In this document: one piece after another, positions 1-9,988 of the stretch
How the letters are laid out: each line of letters starts with the position of its first letter
Position numbering within the stretch: position 1 is the stretch's first letter
IMG/VR virus record: IMGVR_UViG_3300021976_000008
Location: 25,164-89,163 of that record
Length of the DNA stretch: 64,000 nt
Source: a virus
Lineage: Duplodnaviria > Heunggongvirae > Uroviricota > Caudoviricetes
Direction: 5' to 3' (one strand)
Position numbers and translations under genes: made by a program
The notes under the pieces: generated by a model
The model's database searches: none
Told to the model about the DNA's origin: nothing
The model's input: only the letters and a program-made list of their open reading frames with translations

Positions 1-1
1 C

Positions 2-274
2 GCTGTCGCCGGCAACGCCACTCGCAAGAACGTGACGGCAGCCTTCCCGGCCGCGGCAGGCAACAGCGGGATCGTCAGCAACGATGTCGCTATCTCCTGG
101 ACCATCGTCGAGGTGGACACGGGTGAGGACTACACCCACTGGGCGCTCTTTGATGCCTCCACTTCTGGCACCTTCCTGGCCAGTGGGTTGATGACAGCCA
201 ACGCTGTTCTGGTCGGGGATGAGTTCATCATCCCGATCGGGGACTTGGACCTGAGCTTCCTCGTGACGGCGTGA
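2..274 (+). CDS. 3' end of an upstream structural (tail-region) gene, partial
   Basis: Reading frame is open from the window edge; GC3-rich codon usage; stop overlaps next start (GTGA). Confidence 0.4.
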   Translation, partial: AVAGNATRKNVTAAFPAAAGNSGIVSNDVAISWTIVEVDTGEDYTHWALFDASTSGTFLASGLMTANAVLVGDEFIIPIGDLDLSFLVTA

Positions 275-534
275 CAGTTCCAGAGATAGACCAAGCCGCG
301 GCGGATCACGACATGGCCGCGATGCGGGAAGCGACACGAGCGGCGGTTGTGTCTGGGACACCAGCGGCCGTCGTAGCCGAGTCGATCGTCGCGTACGCCG
401 AAGAACGGAGCCTGGCGGGCGACTCGCGCGCCGTGGGCATGGCCATGTTCCATGCAGTCCACGACGGGGTGCCCCCTGAGGCCCTGTTCGAGGAGGTCAA
501 GCGAATGGCCCGGATACCGAAGGAGAGGCCTTGA
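271..534 (+). CDS. hypothetical protein (87 aa)
   Basis: ORF with typical codon bias, translationally coupled to neighbours. Confidence 0.45.
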   Translation: MTVPEIDQAAADHDMAAMREATRAAVVSGTPAAVVAESIVAYAEERSLAGDSRAVGMAMFHAVHDGVPPEALFEEVKRMARIPKERP

Positions 535-675
535 ATGACTGTTAACGCTTCGTTCGTCATCTGTTCACGCTGCGGTGATGAGCGACCCATCCGTAGCAAC
601 GCGTTTCATGTGTGCTCCTGTGGTCAAACCCGCGTGAAGCTCGGGACGATCAACATCGTGGGTCAGGCGAACTGA
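535..675 (+). CDS. small zinc-ribbon protein (46 aa, CxxC..CxC)
   Basis: ATG 8 nt after AAGGAGAGG RBS; stop overlaps next ATG (TGATG). Confidence 0.5.
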   Translation: MTVNASFVICSRCGDERPIRSNAFHVCSCGQTRVKLGTINIVGQAN

Positions 676-1466
676 TGGCCGCTATCACCACCATGGACGG
701 CATCGCAGCAGGGCTCCAAGCCCAGGAACGCAAGGGCTTCCACAAGGGGTCGTTCACCCCGGCAGTGGCCGGCGGGTATTACTCGCTGTGGCTGACCAAC
801 GGGCAGCCGGGGCCAGGCGCGGCGCCAGGTGCCGTCAACGGAGTGGTGCCCACCGACGCGACGGCGGGGGCATTCCCATTCACCAACGCCGTGGGGGACA
901 GCTACCTCGGCTACGTAGCGGCCACTGGCCTCGCCGTGGGCACGCTCGTCATCTATGACCGCCTGTGGGCCAACAGCACCACCAACGTGACCGCAGGCGC
1001 GCAGGCGATCACCTTCCCCGGTCTATCTCGCTACACCTCTGGGGTTGGCGTCGAGGCATGGGTGGAGTGGTACGTGGCCGGCAGTGCCACAGCGGCCACG
1101 ATGACGGGCACCTTCACCGACCAGGACGGCAACACCTTGCAGCCCGGCACCTTCACTGTCCCGGCGGTGACCAAGGCCGTCGGGCAGATGTTCCCCATGG
1201 ACATGCCCACCGGTGACAGCGGTGTTCGGGCCTTCAGCTCGATGAACATCGGCACCACCCACGCAGCGGGCACGTGGGGCATCACGATGATGAAGCGTCT
1301 GGCGGAGATCCCCATCCGGCCTTCCGACCAAGGAGCGTCCGCTCTCAACATCATCGACCTCGCCATGCCGGAGATCACCGATGACGCCTGCCTGGCGTTC
1401 ATGTTCCAAGGAGCTGCCGCTGCCAACACGCTCGCAGGGTCCCTGGCGATAGCCAAGAGCCTCTGA
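675..1466 (+). CDS. putative minor tail protein (263 aa)
   Basis: Gly/Thr/Ala-rich structural-type protein in tail gene block; start by coupling to upstream stop. Confidence 0.5.
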   Translation: MAAITTMDGIAAGLQAQERKGFHKGSFTPAVAGGYYSLWLTNGQPGPGAAPGAVNGVVPTDATAGAFPFTNAVGDSYLGYVAATGLAVGTLVIYDRLWANSTTNVTAGAQAITFPGLSRYTSGVGVEAWVEWYVAGSATAATMTGTFTDQDGNTLQPGTFTVPAVTKAVGQMFPMDMPTGDSGVRAFSSMNIGTTHAAGTWGITMMKRLAEIPIRPSDQGASALNIIDLAMPEITDDACLAFMFQGAAAANTLAGSLAIAKSL

Positions 1467-1469
1467 CTC

Positions 1470-4400
1470 GTGGGTAGCGTCTCCGGGCTCGCCAGAGTCC
1501 TGAAGTCCTCTCGATCGCCTGTCCGGCTCTCCAACCTCATGGAGTTCCGGGGCACGGCCTGGGAGGCGATGAGTGACTACTTCTTTGGCGTTTCCGCCGT
1601 TGACTACGAGTGGTCTGACGTCGCTGATGAGAACCGGCTGACGAAGTGGGTCTACACCCAGGACGGCGTCGCCGTTAGCGACGCGACCGTCGATCCCGCC
1701 CTTCACGAGCTTGACATTGGGTTAACCGCTGGTCCGGACCCGATCTCCAACCAGCGTGAGATGTATACGATCCCCGAGACGGCGACCTGGGGCATCGCTC
1801 ACGCTCTCGTGGAGATCAAGGGAGAGGCGTACGAGGCTGGGATGGCGCTACCCCAGCACGGTATTGGGTTGCGAGCGCAGGAGGACACCGTCCGACGTGC
1901 GATCGTCGCTTGGCATGACGTCTTCATTGGCAATCCGCACGCGATCAACGTAGGGGTCTGGCAGGGCAACCTGGACGGCTCCGGCTTCACGAACCGGCAG
2001 GGCAACGCCAACCTCGATCTCAAGCAGATATACAACATCCTTTCCGGCGCTCGCGTCGGAGGGACGGTCACGGCTGTCACCAATGTGGCGCACGGGATGG
2101 TGGTCGATGACTATTTGAACATCTCTTGGACCCGGGAGTTTGCCGGGGCCACCCTGAACCGGGCAAGCAACGTTGTCACGGCGACGCTCGGCAGCGGCCA
2201 CCAGATGCAAGCCGGGGATATCGCTTTCTTGTTCGGTGCTGGGTCGTTCAGTGGCACCCATACCGTGACGAGTGCCAACGCCACGCAGGTGTTCTGGGCG
2301 CAAGTGGGCGCCAACGAAGGCGGGTCCGGGACTGTCAAGGATCGCTCTAGCGATGTCCGTCAGGTACAAGTCACCGAGATAGTCAACTCCACCACGTTCC
2401 GCTACGTGGACGGCAAGCACGACCTCACCAACCTCGGTACGTCGACCACTGCGAACGAGCGGCTGTTCCCCTACTTCATGGAGATGCGAGTCTCCGGCAC
2501 CGTGGTCCAGGTTCGCTGTTGGAGCCGACACCAGAGCATCCCTGTTTGGAACGAGCCCACCCGTAGCTTCAACATCGACCTCGACAAGGCGGACCGCGTC
2601 TACACGGTCACCGCTGGCAGTCGCACCTCGGGAATCTCCACCCTCACGATCGGAGCCCACGACTTCGCTGTTGGAAACATCATCACCGTCGATGTCACCG
2701 ATGCGAGTGGCGATGTCGCCAATGGATTTGTCACCGGGATCACCGCCACCGAGGTCCGGTATTGGAACCCAGGGACGGACAACGGCACCCTCGGCACGGG
2801 GACATGCACCCGCCACGGTGGAGCCACGACCGCTGCCGACATAGCAACCATCCCGACTCCTCGTGGCTCGGGGCGTGTCGCTGTCGCCGCGGCGCACGAG
2901 GGAATCACTCAGATCTCCCATTGTTCCTACGGGACGATCGTCGGCTCCAACTCCTACGACAGCAACCTCTTGCCGGTCTCAGCCACCGGAGTCTTCGGAT
3001 TCACCGGGGTCGCGTCGGGAGTGGTTCGGGTTGTAGGAGCTGGTGTCGGGTCATTCGGGTTTACCGGCACGGCTGCCGGCAGGCCACGGGTTGTGGCCGC
3101 GGCTACCGGCAGCTTCGGCTTCACGGGTGTAGCGAGTGGCATCACGAGAGTACGTGGCGCTGCTACGGGTAGCTTCGGGTTCGCTGGTGCCGCTTCTGGT
3201 GTGGTCCGGAAGCTTGGTGCAGCCACGGGGCTGTTTGGGTTCACCGGATCTGCGAGTGGCGAGACGGTGAGTGGCCCTGTGACCGGTAGTGGCACGGGCC
3301 TCTTCGGATTTACAGGTGCTGCTAGTGGTGGTGTCAGGAAGCTGGGCGCCGCATCTGGCTCCTTCGGCTTTACCGGAATTGCCGCCGGTAGACCTCGGGT
3401 CGTGGGAGCGGCTACGGGGAGCTTTGGCTTCACTGGTATAGCGAGCGGACGTCCTCGCGTGGTCGGTGTAGCTGTCGGCAGCTTTGGCTTCATTGGTGTA
3501 GCCGGCGGACACCCTCGTGTGTTCGGGGTGGCTGTAGGTAGCTTCGGTTTCACTGGTGTTGCGCAAGGACGGACGCCAGCCTTCGTATCCTCACATCGCT
3601 GGGCTCCGACAACCGAAGAGATCCTTGACCTCGACGGCGTGAGACGCCGCATCGACCGCTTCCGCTTCGAGCTATGCGATCGCGAGCTGAATCCGATCGG
3701 CGAACTCCATCCCGATCGAAGCGGGACCGTCCCGCAGATCCAGAACGACGCCTCGGACAACACGTCTCGTCGTCTGACCGGTCTCAAGCTAACCCCTGAT
3801 GAGTCCAGCGAAGTCAATACCCTCACCGACCGTCTGCGTGTCTACATGACATTGCAGAATGACGTCGAGTTCCGTCTCGGCACGTTCCTCTGGGCCGATG
3901 ACAGTCGGCCCGAACGGTCTTGGGGTAGCGAGCAGAACGCCGAGCTGGTGGATTTCAGCTACATCCTTAGCCAGCCATCGGCTACCGCCTATGGCTGGGG
4001 TAAGAACGCCACGATTTCGCTGATCATCTACTTCCTCATGTTCCGGGCTGGTTTCTCTCTTGAGGACATCGCCGTTGTTGGAGATGAGGCCAACCGTGGC
4101 CTAGCTGACCCTAAGACATGGGAGCCCGGAGCCACGTGGCTTCAAATGCTCACGGATATCGGGGCGGTGGTCGGATTTACGGCGCCATGGTTCGATCGAG
4201 ATGGGCGAGTCCACTTTGACCAGGCGCCGAACCCAGACGTAGATCGCGTCAGCATCCCCAGCTATGACACTGACACCAGGATCATAGCTGACTCGATTGT
4301 CCGATCAGACGACATGCTGGCCGCCCCAAACATCTTCACCGTCTACGACTCAGGCTCCGACCGACTCCGCTCGGGGACTTACGAGATTCCCTCCTCTGCC

Positions 4401-4682
4401 CCGCACAGCTTCGCTAAGCGAGGCTTCCGGATCGCCAAGGTCGAATCGGTGCAGGGTTTGAGTAATCAGACCATAGCGAATCAGGCCGCCCGCAACCTCG
4501 CCCGCAGTGGCGACGCGTTCGAGTGGTTGACATTCAGCTCGACCGCCGACCCTCGCCACGAGACCCTTGATGTCATAGAGGCGTTTGGTGAGCGATGGCT
4601 CGAAACAGCGTGGACCCTCGAACTTCGTTCTGGCGGGGCGATGCAACACACGATGAAGCGAGTCACCTATGACGTTGTCTGA
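1470..4682 (+). CDS. minor tail protein, 1070 aa, with 13 tandem Gly-rich ~20-aa repeats (GSFGFTGvASG..RVvGAA)
   Basis: Very large ORF in tail region; internal 60-bp DNA tandem repeats; C-terminal globular domain. Confidence 0.7.
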   Translation: MGSVSGLARVLKSSRSPVRLSNLMEFRGTAWEAMSDYFFGVSAVDYEWSDVADENRLTKWVYTQDGVAVSDATVDPALHELDIGLTAGPDPISNQREMYTIPETATWGIAHALVEIKGEAYEAGMALPQHGIGLRAQEDTVRRAIVAWHDVFIGNPHAINVGVWQGNLDGSGFTNRQGNANLDLKQIYNILSGARVGGTVTAVTNVAHGMVVDDYLNISWTREFAGATLNRASNVVTATLGSGHQMQAGDIAFLFGAGSFSGTHTVTSANATQVFWAQVGANEGGSGTVKDRSSDVRQVQVTEIVNSTTFRYVDGKHDLTNLGTSTTANERLFPYFMEMRVSGTVVQVRCWSRHQSIPVWNEPTRSFNIDLDKADRVYTVTAGSRTSGISTLTIGAHDFAVGNIITVDVTDASGDVANGFVTGITATEVRYWNPGTDNGTLGTGTCTRHGGATTAADIATIPTPRGSGRVAVAAAHEGITQISHCSYGTIVGSNSYDSNLLPVSATGVFGFTGVASGVVRVVGAGVGSFGFTGTAAGRPRVVAAATGSFGFTGVASGITRVRGAATGSFGFAGAASGVVRKLGAATGLFGFTGSASGETVSGPVTGSGTGLFGFTGAASGGVRKLGAASGSFGFTGIAAGRPRVVGAATGSFGFTGIASGRPRVVGVAVGSFGFIGVAGGHPRVFGVAVGSFGFTGVAQGRTPAFVSSHRWAPTTEEILDLDGVRRRIDRFRFELCDRELNPIGELHPDRSGTVPQIQNDASDNTSRRLTGLKLTPDESSEVNTLTDRLRVYMTLQNDVEFRLGTFLWADDSRPERSWGSEQNAELVDFSYILSQPSATAYGWGKNATISLIIYFLMFRAGFSLEDIAVVGDEANRGLADPKTWEPGATWLQMLTDIGAVVGFTAPWFDRDGRVHFDQAPNPDVDRVSIPSYDTDTRIIADSIVRSDDMLAAPNIFTVYDSGSDRLRSGTYEIPSSAPHSFAKRGFRIAKVESVQGLSNQTIANQAARNLARSGDAFEWLTFSSTADPRHETLDVIEAFGERWLETAWTLELRSGGAMQHTMKRVTYDVV
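2984..3575 (+). repeat. about 10-13 copies of a 60-bp tandem repeat encoding GSFGFTG(V/I)ASG..R(V/K)(V/L)GAA(T/V)
   Basis: Directly visible periodicity in DNA and protein (ggtagcttcgggttcaccggt... motif). Confidence 0.8.
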
Positions 4683-6495
4683 GCGGAGCATCGCCAGGAT
4701 CATTCGTCGGGCTGTCAAGTCGGCGATCGCTGAAGCTGTCTCGACGGCTCGGGTGTCGACGCAGCTCTCCGGCACTGTTGAGCAGGTGGACGAAGATCTC
4801 GATGTTGTCTGGGTTCGCATGGACAACGAGGTACTCGGCGCCGACCCCATGCAGTCGCTCAACTACGAGGCCCCTGGCATCGTTCCCGCGACGCGCCTGG
4901 GAGAGACCTTCACCGACGAACAGGTTCGAGTCACCTTCGATGGCCCTGCCGGTGCGACGGCTCAGCGCACCAGCGTCGAGAACCGGATCGTGCTGCCTTT
5001 CGGTGCTGAAGGTGAGCGCATCGTTCTTGACGGTGAAGAGGGAGCGATTGGCTTCTATGACATCGACGGTGATCTGGTCGGGTACCTGGACCCGGCTCAA
5101 TGGTTCATTGGCAAGTCTGGTGAATCTCTGCTCCGACTCGACCCCCTAGGCGGGCTTCGCCTGCGGGACAGCAACGACATCCTCAGGGCACAGCTCTCGG
5201 CCCCTGAGGGGCTCGTCATCTCAGACCCAGTAAGCGGCATCTCGGGCCTGATCGCCAACCACGACGGCCTGATGATCCTCGACCCGGCGACCGGGGAGCG
5301 GATCTCGATCACGAGTGGAGGAACGTCAGGCACGCCGACGCCGAGCTGGGCTGGGACCGTGGCGCTCAGTCCCGGCGCCACGCACAGCACGCCAGCGGTC
5401 ACTGACTTCGGGACGGGCGACGATCTCGATATCCGCTTCACGGCGTGCTCGGCCGCCGCCAACCTGGGCGCCCAGAGCTACACCCCGCCCGCCGGATGGA
5501 CCGAGCAGACCGATCAGAACGTGTCGGCGAGCGGGATCACGTTGGGATCCTCGTGCGCGACCAAGGACCCCGCGGACGCCGTGCCGGGCGTGGCCAACTT
5601 CACCAACACATCCGCAGCGTTCACGCGACGCAACGGTCATAGCGTCATCGTTCGAGGCGGAGGCGGGGTCTCGCCCGCCTTTCGCTCCGCCAGCACCGAG
5701 GCCGTCGTTTCCACCGCTGCATCCATCGGGTTCGACATTGACGCTCCGGCCGGGCTAGCTGCTGGCGACCTGGCCCTGGCGCACGTCTCTATCGCATCCA
5801 ACCGAGTCCCGATCGGCTGGACCGTGCCGGATGGCTGGAAGCAGGTCGGGATCGTGGTCGCTGGCCTCGGGACCACCCACATCCTCGCCTCGGGGATCTG
5901 GTACATCCAGGCGCCCGCCTCGCCCCCCTCGATGGAGCACGTCGCCATCAACATGGGCTCGACCGGACTTACCCGAGTGCAGGCCACCGTCGTGGCCATC
6001 AGCGATCCCTATGAGTTCCCGACTGGGCTCGACATCCGCCAGGGCAACCGGTCGATGCCAAGAGGTCTGATGGGTGAGGCAATCGGGACCTCCACTACCA
6101 CGAACTGGGCGAACGCCGCGCTACCGCAGACCGTCGAGACGATCAGCAACGTGGATCTGCTGGCCGGTCGGAGCTACAAGATCGCCTACGACGTCCCGAA
6201 CTACACGTTCAACGGGATCAGTTCTGCTTCTCGCTTCGCTATCGACATTGAGATGGACACGGGGTCGGGGTTCACGCTCTTCCATACGATCATCGCTCGA
6301 TCCATGAGCGTGGCCGGCACGGAAAACGGACCAGCGAGCGGCAGCATCTCCTATGTTCCAGCGGGGAATGAGACGATCAGCCTGCGTAGCCGGGTACGAC
6401 AGATAGCCGCTGGGACCGGTTTCAACATCCAGTTGAGCGGCTCGGCCCAGGCTCGCAGATGGCTCTATATCGAGGACACGGGCGCGGTGTTCTAG
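4669..6495 (+). CDS. minor tail protein (608 aa)
   Basis: Large Ser/Thr/Gly-rich ORF overlapping the upstream tail gene stop; position in the tail-gene block. Confidence 0.6.
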   Translation: MTLSERSIARIIRRAVKSAIAEAVSTARVSTQLSGTVEQVDEDLDVVWVRMDNEVLGADPMQSLNYEAPGIVPATRLGETFTDEQVRVTFDGPAGATAQRTSVENRIVLPFGAEGERIVLDGEEGAIGFYDIDGDLVGYLDPAQWFIGKSGESLLRLDPLGGLRLRDSNDILRAQLSAPEGLVISDPVSGISGLIANHDGLMILDPATGERISITSGGTSGTPTPSWAGTVALSPGATHSTPAVTDFGTGDDLDIRFTACSAAANLGAQSYTPPAGWTEQTDQNVSASGITLGSSCATKDPADAVPGVANFTNTSAAFTRRNGHSVIVRGGGGVSPAFRSASTEAVVSTAASIGFDIDAPAGLAAGDLALAHVSIASNRVPIGWTVPDGWKQVGIVVAGLGTTHILASGIWYIQAPASPPSMEHVAINMGSTGLTRVQATVVAISDPYEFPTGLDIRQGNRSMPRGLMGEAIGTSTTTNWANAALPQTVETISNVDLLAGRSYKIAYDVPNYTFNGISSASRFAIDIEMDTGSGFTLFHTIIARSMSVAGTENGPASGSISYVPAGNETISLRSRVRQIAAGTGFNIQLSGSAQARRWLYIEDTGAVF

Positions 6496-6549
6496 AGGGT
6501 TTGTCATCGCGGTGTTGACGTAATTCCCCCGATCCGAGAGGAACCCATT

Positions 6550-6789
6550 ATGACCGTTCAGGCCACTGTTGTTCCTGAAGATGGCACCCCTGCGCTGATC
6601 ACCGCCCCGTCGGGTGAGTTCATTGTCAGTTACTACTACGAAGTCAATGACGCCGAAGAGGCTCAATCCATATCTGGATGGGTCCGAGCAACTCATACTC
6701 GGGATGAATCGAACCGATCCACAGCCGTCACGCTTGTCGCTGAGTACCCCGGGACAGTGACATTCGAGGCGTTCGTGCTGTCGCTGTGA
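6550..6789 (+). CDS. hypothetical protein (79 aa)
   Basis: ATG preceded by GAGAGGAA RBS. Confidence 0.5.
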   Translation: MTVQATVVPEDGTPALITAPSGEFIVSYYYEVNDAEEAQSISGWVRATHTRDESNRSTAVTLVAEYPGTVTFEAFVLSL

Positions 6790-6980
6790 CCACAGGAGCT
6801 AGCGATCGACTCGAACAAGATCTGCATTTACTGCATGGTCCTTTGGCGAAGCTCGATTCGTTGCTGGGTGTGTGGTCGTCGTGGCGCTCCATGCAGGTTG
6901 TCGCTGCAACAGATACTCGTCCGCACTGAGCGGCAGTTGAGAGGCAGATATGCACGGTTTCAACAAGAAGGGAGAGACTG

Positions 6981-7829
6981 ATGGGAACCCTTGCCGGTCA
7001 TCGGTATCTGACGCGAGCTGAGTGGGTAGCCCGTCCCCCCACTTCGCCGTTTGCCCACATGCCGTCATTGCCGACTCCCCGCTTGTGGATTCACCACTCG
7101 GGCGACGATCGGCAGGGCGCTGCGGCGGTACGAGGTCATCAGCAGTATCACCAGAACACTCGGGACTGGAAGGACATCGCCTACAACTTCCTGGTCGACG
7201 ACGACGGCATCATCTATGAGGGCCGTGGCGCCGGCATCGCTGGTGGAGCGACCGAGGGCGACAACTCGAAGTCCCATGCCATCTGCCTGCTCGGCAACTT
7301 CGAGAACCGCCCTGTCACTTCGAGAGCCTGGCAGGCGACGGTCGACCTCGCTCGACACGGCCGCGATCGCGGTTGGTGGAAGCCGACCTGCGGCGGTCAC
7401 CGCGATGCCCCTGGTGCCCAGACCTCCTGTCCTGGCCGCCTTCTCTACAACCGGCTGCCCGACATGCGCCGCGAGGTCGTCAGTGGCGCCACCATCGCAT
7501 CCGAGCCCCCTGCTGCACCGGAGGAACCTGACATGACCCCAGAAGAGTGTCGCACCGTGGTGCGCGCCGAGAACCAGCGTCTCGCGCAGTACCTCATGAC
7601 CGGAGCAGGCAATCAGGCGTTCAACCCGAACATCCAGAAGTGGATGGCAGCAGCGACTACCTTGCCCCGGCTCTTTGCCGCTGTCCGCGCCGAAGGCACT
7701 GACGTCGATGAGGCGGAGATCGCTGCGCTCGTGCTCGCTGGGCTCAGCCCGCAGGCGATCGCCGATGCGATCCCTGCTGTCATCGCTGTTGAGGTGGTCG
7801 ATCTGCTGGCTGCGCGTCTGGCCGGTTGA
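6981..7829 (+). CDS. lysA: endolysin, N-acetylmuramoyl-L-alanine amidase (PGRP/Amidase_2 domain) with C-terminal extension
   Basis: PGRP-like motifs HHSGDD..YNFLVDDDGIIYEGRG..GHRD..C; located directly after tail genes. Confidence 0.8.
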   Translation: MGTLAGHRYLTRAEWVARPPTSPFAHMPSLPTPRLWIHHSGDDRQGAAAVRGHQQYHQNTRDWKDIAYNFLVDDDGIIYEGRGAGIAGGATEGDNSKSHAICLLGNFENRPVTSRAWQATVDLARHGRDRGWWKPTCGGHRDAPGAQTSCPGRLLYNRLPDMRREVVSGATIASEPPAAPEEPDMTPEECRTVVRAENQRLAQYLMTGAGNQAFNPNIQKWMAAATTLPRLFAAVRAEGTDVDEAEIAALVLAGLSPQAIADAIPAVIAVEVVDLLAARLAG

Positions 7830-8204
7830 GTGATCATCGCCGTCGGCCTAATAGCGGCTGGCCTAATGGAGCCGATCACCATTGTCGCGCTCATTGGCGC
7901 AAGCTCGACGCTGCTCAGTGCAGCGTTCGCCGCGTGGGCGGCGGTCAAACAGCGCCGCACCGAGGACGTCAGGCTCGGCTATGACGCCATGCGTTCCGCC
8001 CTGGACAACTACCGCACCGACAACGTCGATCTGCGGGGCCGAGTGGAGAAGGCCGACGTTCGTATCTATAACGCTGAGCAGCGCGTCTACACCGCGGAAC
8101 AGCGAATGATTGATCTCATCTCAAAGGTCGATCGATGTGAAGCGGACAAGGCTGTTCTTGGCGAGAAGGTCGCCGATCTCGAACGGAGGGCATCTGGTGC
8201 CTAG
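7830..8204 (+). CDS. holin-like membrane protein (N-terminal TM helices, C-terminal coiled coil)
   Basis: GTG start abutting the lysin stop; hydrophobic N-terminus MIIAVGLIAAGLMEPITIVALIGASSTLL. Confidence 0.5.
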   Translation: MIIAVGLIAAGLMEPITIVALIGASSTLLSAAFAAWAAVKQRRTEDVRLGYDAMRSALDNYRTDNVDLRGRVEKADVRIYNAEQRVYTAEQRMIDLISKVDRCEADKAVLGEKVADLERRASGA

Positions 8205-8523
8205 AGCGTTTTCAGCCCCAAATATCAATCTCCTCTCGGGGATCATCGGCGCCATTGCGTCGGTGTTCTTGAGCATAGCGGTGGTGGTGCTTGTCAATCA
8301 GAACAGCGGCCAAGCGGACGAGCTTGCGTGTCGCTCAGAACTCGCCGCTGAGGTTGACGTCCTGCGGAGCGAGATCACTATTGCCTTGAGTCAGGGCTTG
8401 ATCGCCATAACCAACGGTGATGACGCTGATGTCGTTGTCGTTGTCGAGCGGCTGCGTGGCCTTCAGGATGAGCTGGCCGAGGCGTCAGAGCGTCGGGCGC
8501 AAACCGTGGAGATCTGCGGATGA
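8197..8523 (+). CDS. membrane protein, possible second holin or lysis accessory protein
   Basis: GGAGGG RBS then GTG; TM segment LLSGIIGAIASVFLSIAVVVLV. Confidence 0.45.
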   Translation: MPRAFSAPNINLLSGIIGAIASVFLSIAVVVLVNQNSGQADELACRSELAAEVDVLRSEITIALSQGLIAITNGDDADVVVVVERLRGLQDELAEASERRAQTVEICG

Positions 8524-8711
8524 CGACCACCTGTCCAGCCGCCAAAGCAATGCAGCAGTTGACCGACCGGGAACGTGCAGAGATGCAGTCCATCCTCGAC
8601 AACGGCATCGCATCACACGTCATCGCTGTCTGGTTCTCCACCCAGCGCAACATCAAGGTCACGGCTGCTGCCGTGAACTCACATCGGAGAGGACTCTGTG
8701 GGTGTAGCTGA
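8520..8711 (+). CDS. hypothetical protein (63 aa)
   Basis: ATGA start/stop overlap with upstream gene. Confidence 0.4.
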   Translation: MTTTCPAAKAMQQLTDRERAEMQSILDNGIASHVIAVWFSTQRNIKVTAAAVNSHRRGLCGCS

Positions 8712-9798
8712 CGAGATTGCCGATCTTCAATTTGGGCAACGTGTCGCTGAGCTTGAGCTGCAAGTAGAGCAACAGAAGGCGAAGCTTTCGGCGAAGAGCG
8801 CGGCGTTCCGTTTGGTGACGAAGAAGCTCACGGAGCTTGAACGGCACGTACTTCTCAACGAGGCATTCTTCACAGCGACACCTGAGCCACCTCAGTGGCT
8901 CGTGCAGAAGCCGGCGCTGCGGACCCGACACGTGACTGTCTGCGCCATGCTCTCCGACACTCACTTCGATGAGGTCGTGAACCCTCGTGAGGTCAACAGC
9001 GTCAACGCCTACAACCGAGAGATAGCGACACAGCGGCTACGACGGTTCTTCGACAAGGTCATCAGCCTGCCTCGTGACCACTTCGGTGGTCACGAGTACC
9101 AGGGCGTCGTCATCTTCATGGGCGGCGACATGATCTCTGGCGACATCCATGAAGAGCTGCGCGAGACCAACGAGGACACCATCCTCGGCACCTGCCTCTA
9201 CTGGTCCGAGCAACTCGCCGCCGGTTTCAGCATGCTCGCCGATGCCTATGAGCAAGTACACGTCATCAGCGTGTGCGGCAATCACGCTCGACGCACTCGC
9301 AAGGAGAGAGCGAAGCTTCGGGCTCGGGACTCCTTCGACTGGCTGCTTGCCCACATGACAGCTCGTGCGGTGTCGGCCGAGAACGTGACATGGCAGATCC
9401 CAGAAGAGACCGACGCTCGGGTCACGGTGCAGAACACTCGTTATCTCCTCACTCACGGGAACCTGGGTTTCAGTGGAGGCGGAGGAATTGGCGGGGCCTG
9501 GATGTCGATTGTTCGAGGGGACCTGAGACGCCGGCAGCGCGAGAACGCTGCCGGCGAAACGTACGACACCTTGCTCGTCGGTCATTGGCACTGTTACCGA
9601 ACCGGCGGTGAGTTCGTCATCAATGGGTGCTTAAAGGGCGTGGACGAATATGCGTACTCGCGCTCGTTCGGCCTAGAGCCTCCGAAGCAGGCGCTTTGGT
9701 TGGAGACAGCGGACTATGGCCCCTTTGGTCACACGCCGATCTACTGCGCCCCCATGCTCCCCGATGGCCGGATCGATCGCAAGAACGAAGGTTGGTAA
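8698..9798 (+). CDS. calcineurin-like metallophosphoesterase with N-terminal coiled coil
   Basis: Motifs DTHFDE, GDMISGDIHEE, GNHAR, THGN typical of the metallophosphatase superfamily. Confidence 0.7.
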   Translation: MGVADEIADLQFGQRVAELELQVEQQKAKLSAKSAAFRLVTKKLTELERHVLLNEAFFTATPEPPQWLVQKPALRTRHVTVCAMLSDTHFDEVVNPREVNSVNAYNREIATQRLRRFFDKVISLPRDHFGGHEYQGVVIFMGGDMISGDIHEELRETNEDTILGTCLYWSEQLAAGFSMLADAYEQVHVISVCGNHARRTRKERAKLRARDSFDWLLAHMTARAVSAENVTWQIPEETDARVTVQNTRYLLTHGNLGFSGGGGIGGAWMSIVRGDLRRRQRENAAGETYDTLLVGHWHCYRTGGEFVINGCLKGVDEYAYSRSFGLEPPKQALWLETADYGPFGHTPIYCAPMLPDGRIDRKNEGW

Positions 9799-9987
9799 GT
9801 GACCCGGCGAAGGCTTGACCCGAAGGGCAGCCTGCCGGACTTTCCCTGGCTCTACAAGAACCCCAAGGCCTTCACCAATAGTCCGTCGAGGTACTCGCGG
9901 CGGTGCTCTTGGTGCAACGAGCCTTTCTGGATTCTCAAGAACATGTTCCGAGTCTGCCCCAAATGCGACATGAGTGAGGGTGAGTGA
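9799..9987 (+). CDS. zinc-ribbon protein (62 aa)
   Basis: CxxC...CxxC pairs; GTG start after upstream stop. Confidence 0.45.
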   Translation: MTRRRLDPKGSLPDFPWLYKNPKAFTNSPSRYSRRCSWCNEPFWILKNMFRVCPKCDMSEGE

Positions 9988-9988
9988 G

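Noticed and set aside
1848-3826. Several long minus-strand ORFs inside the tail genes (357 aa, 290 aa, 171 aa)
   Set aside because: They lie entirely within the large plus-strand tail protein gene, show biased Arg/Pro/Gly composition and mirror the tandem repeat; these are GC-rich antisense artefacts.
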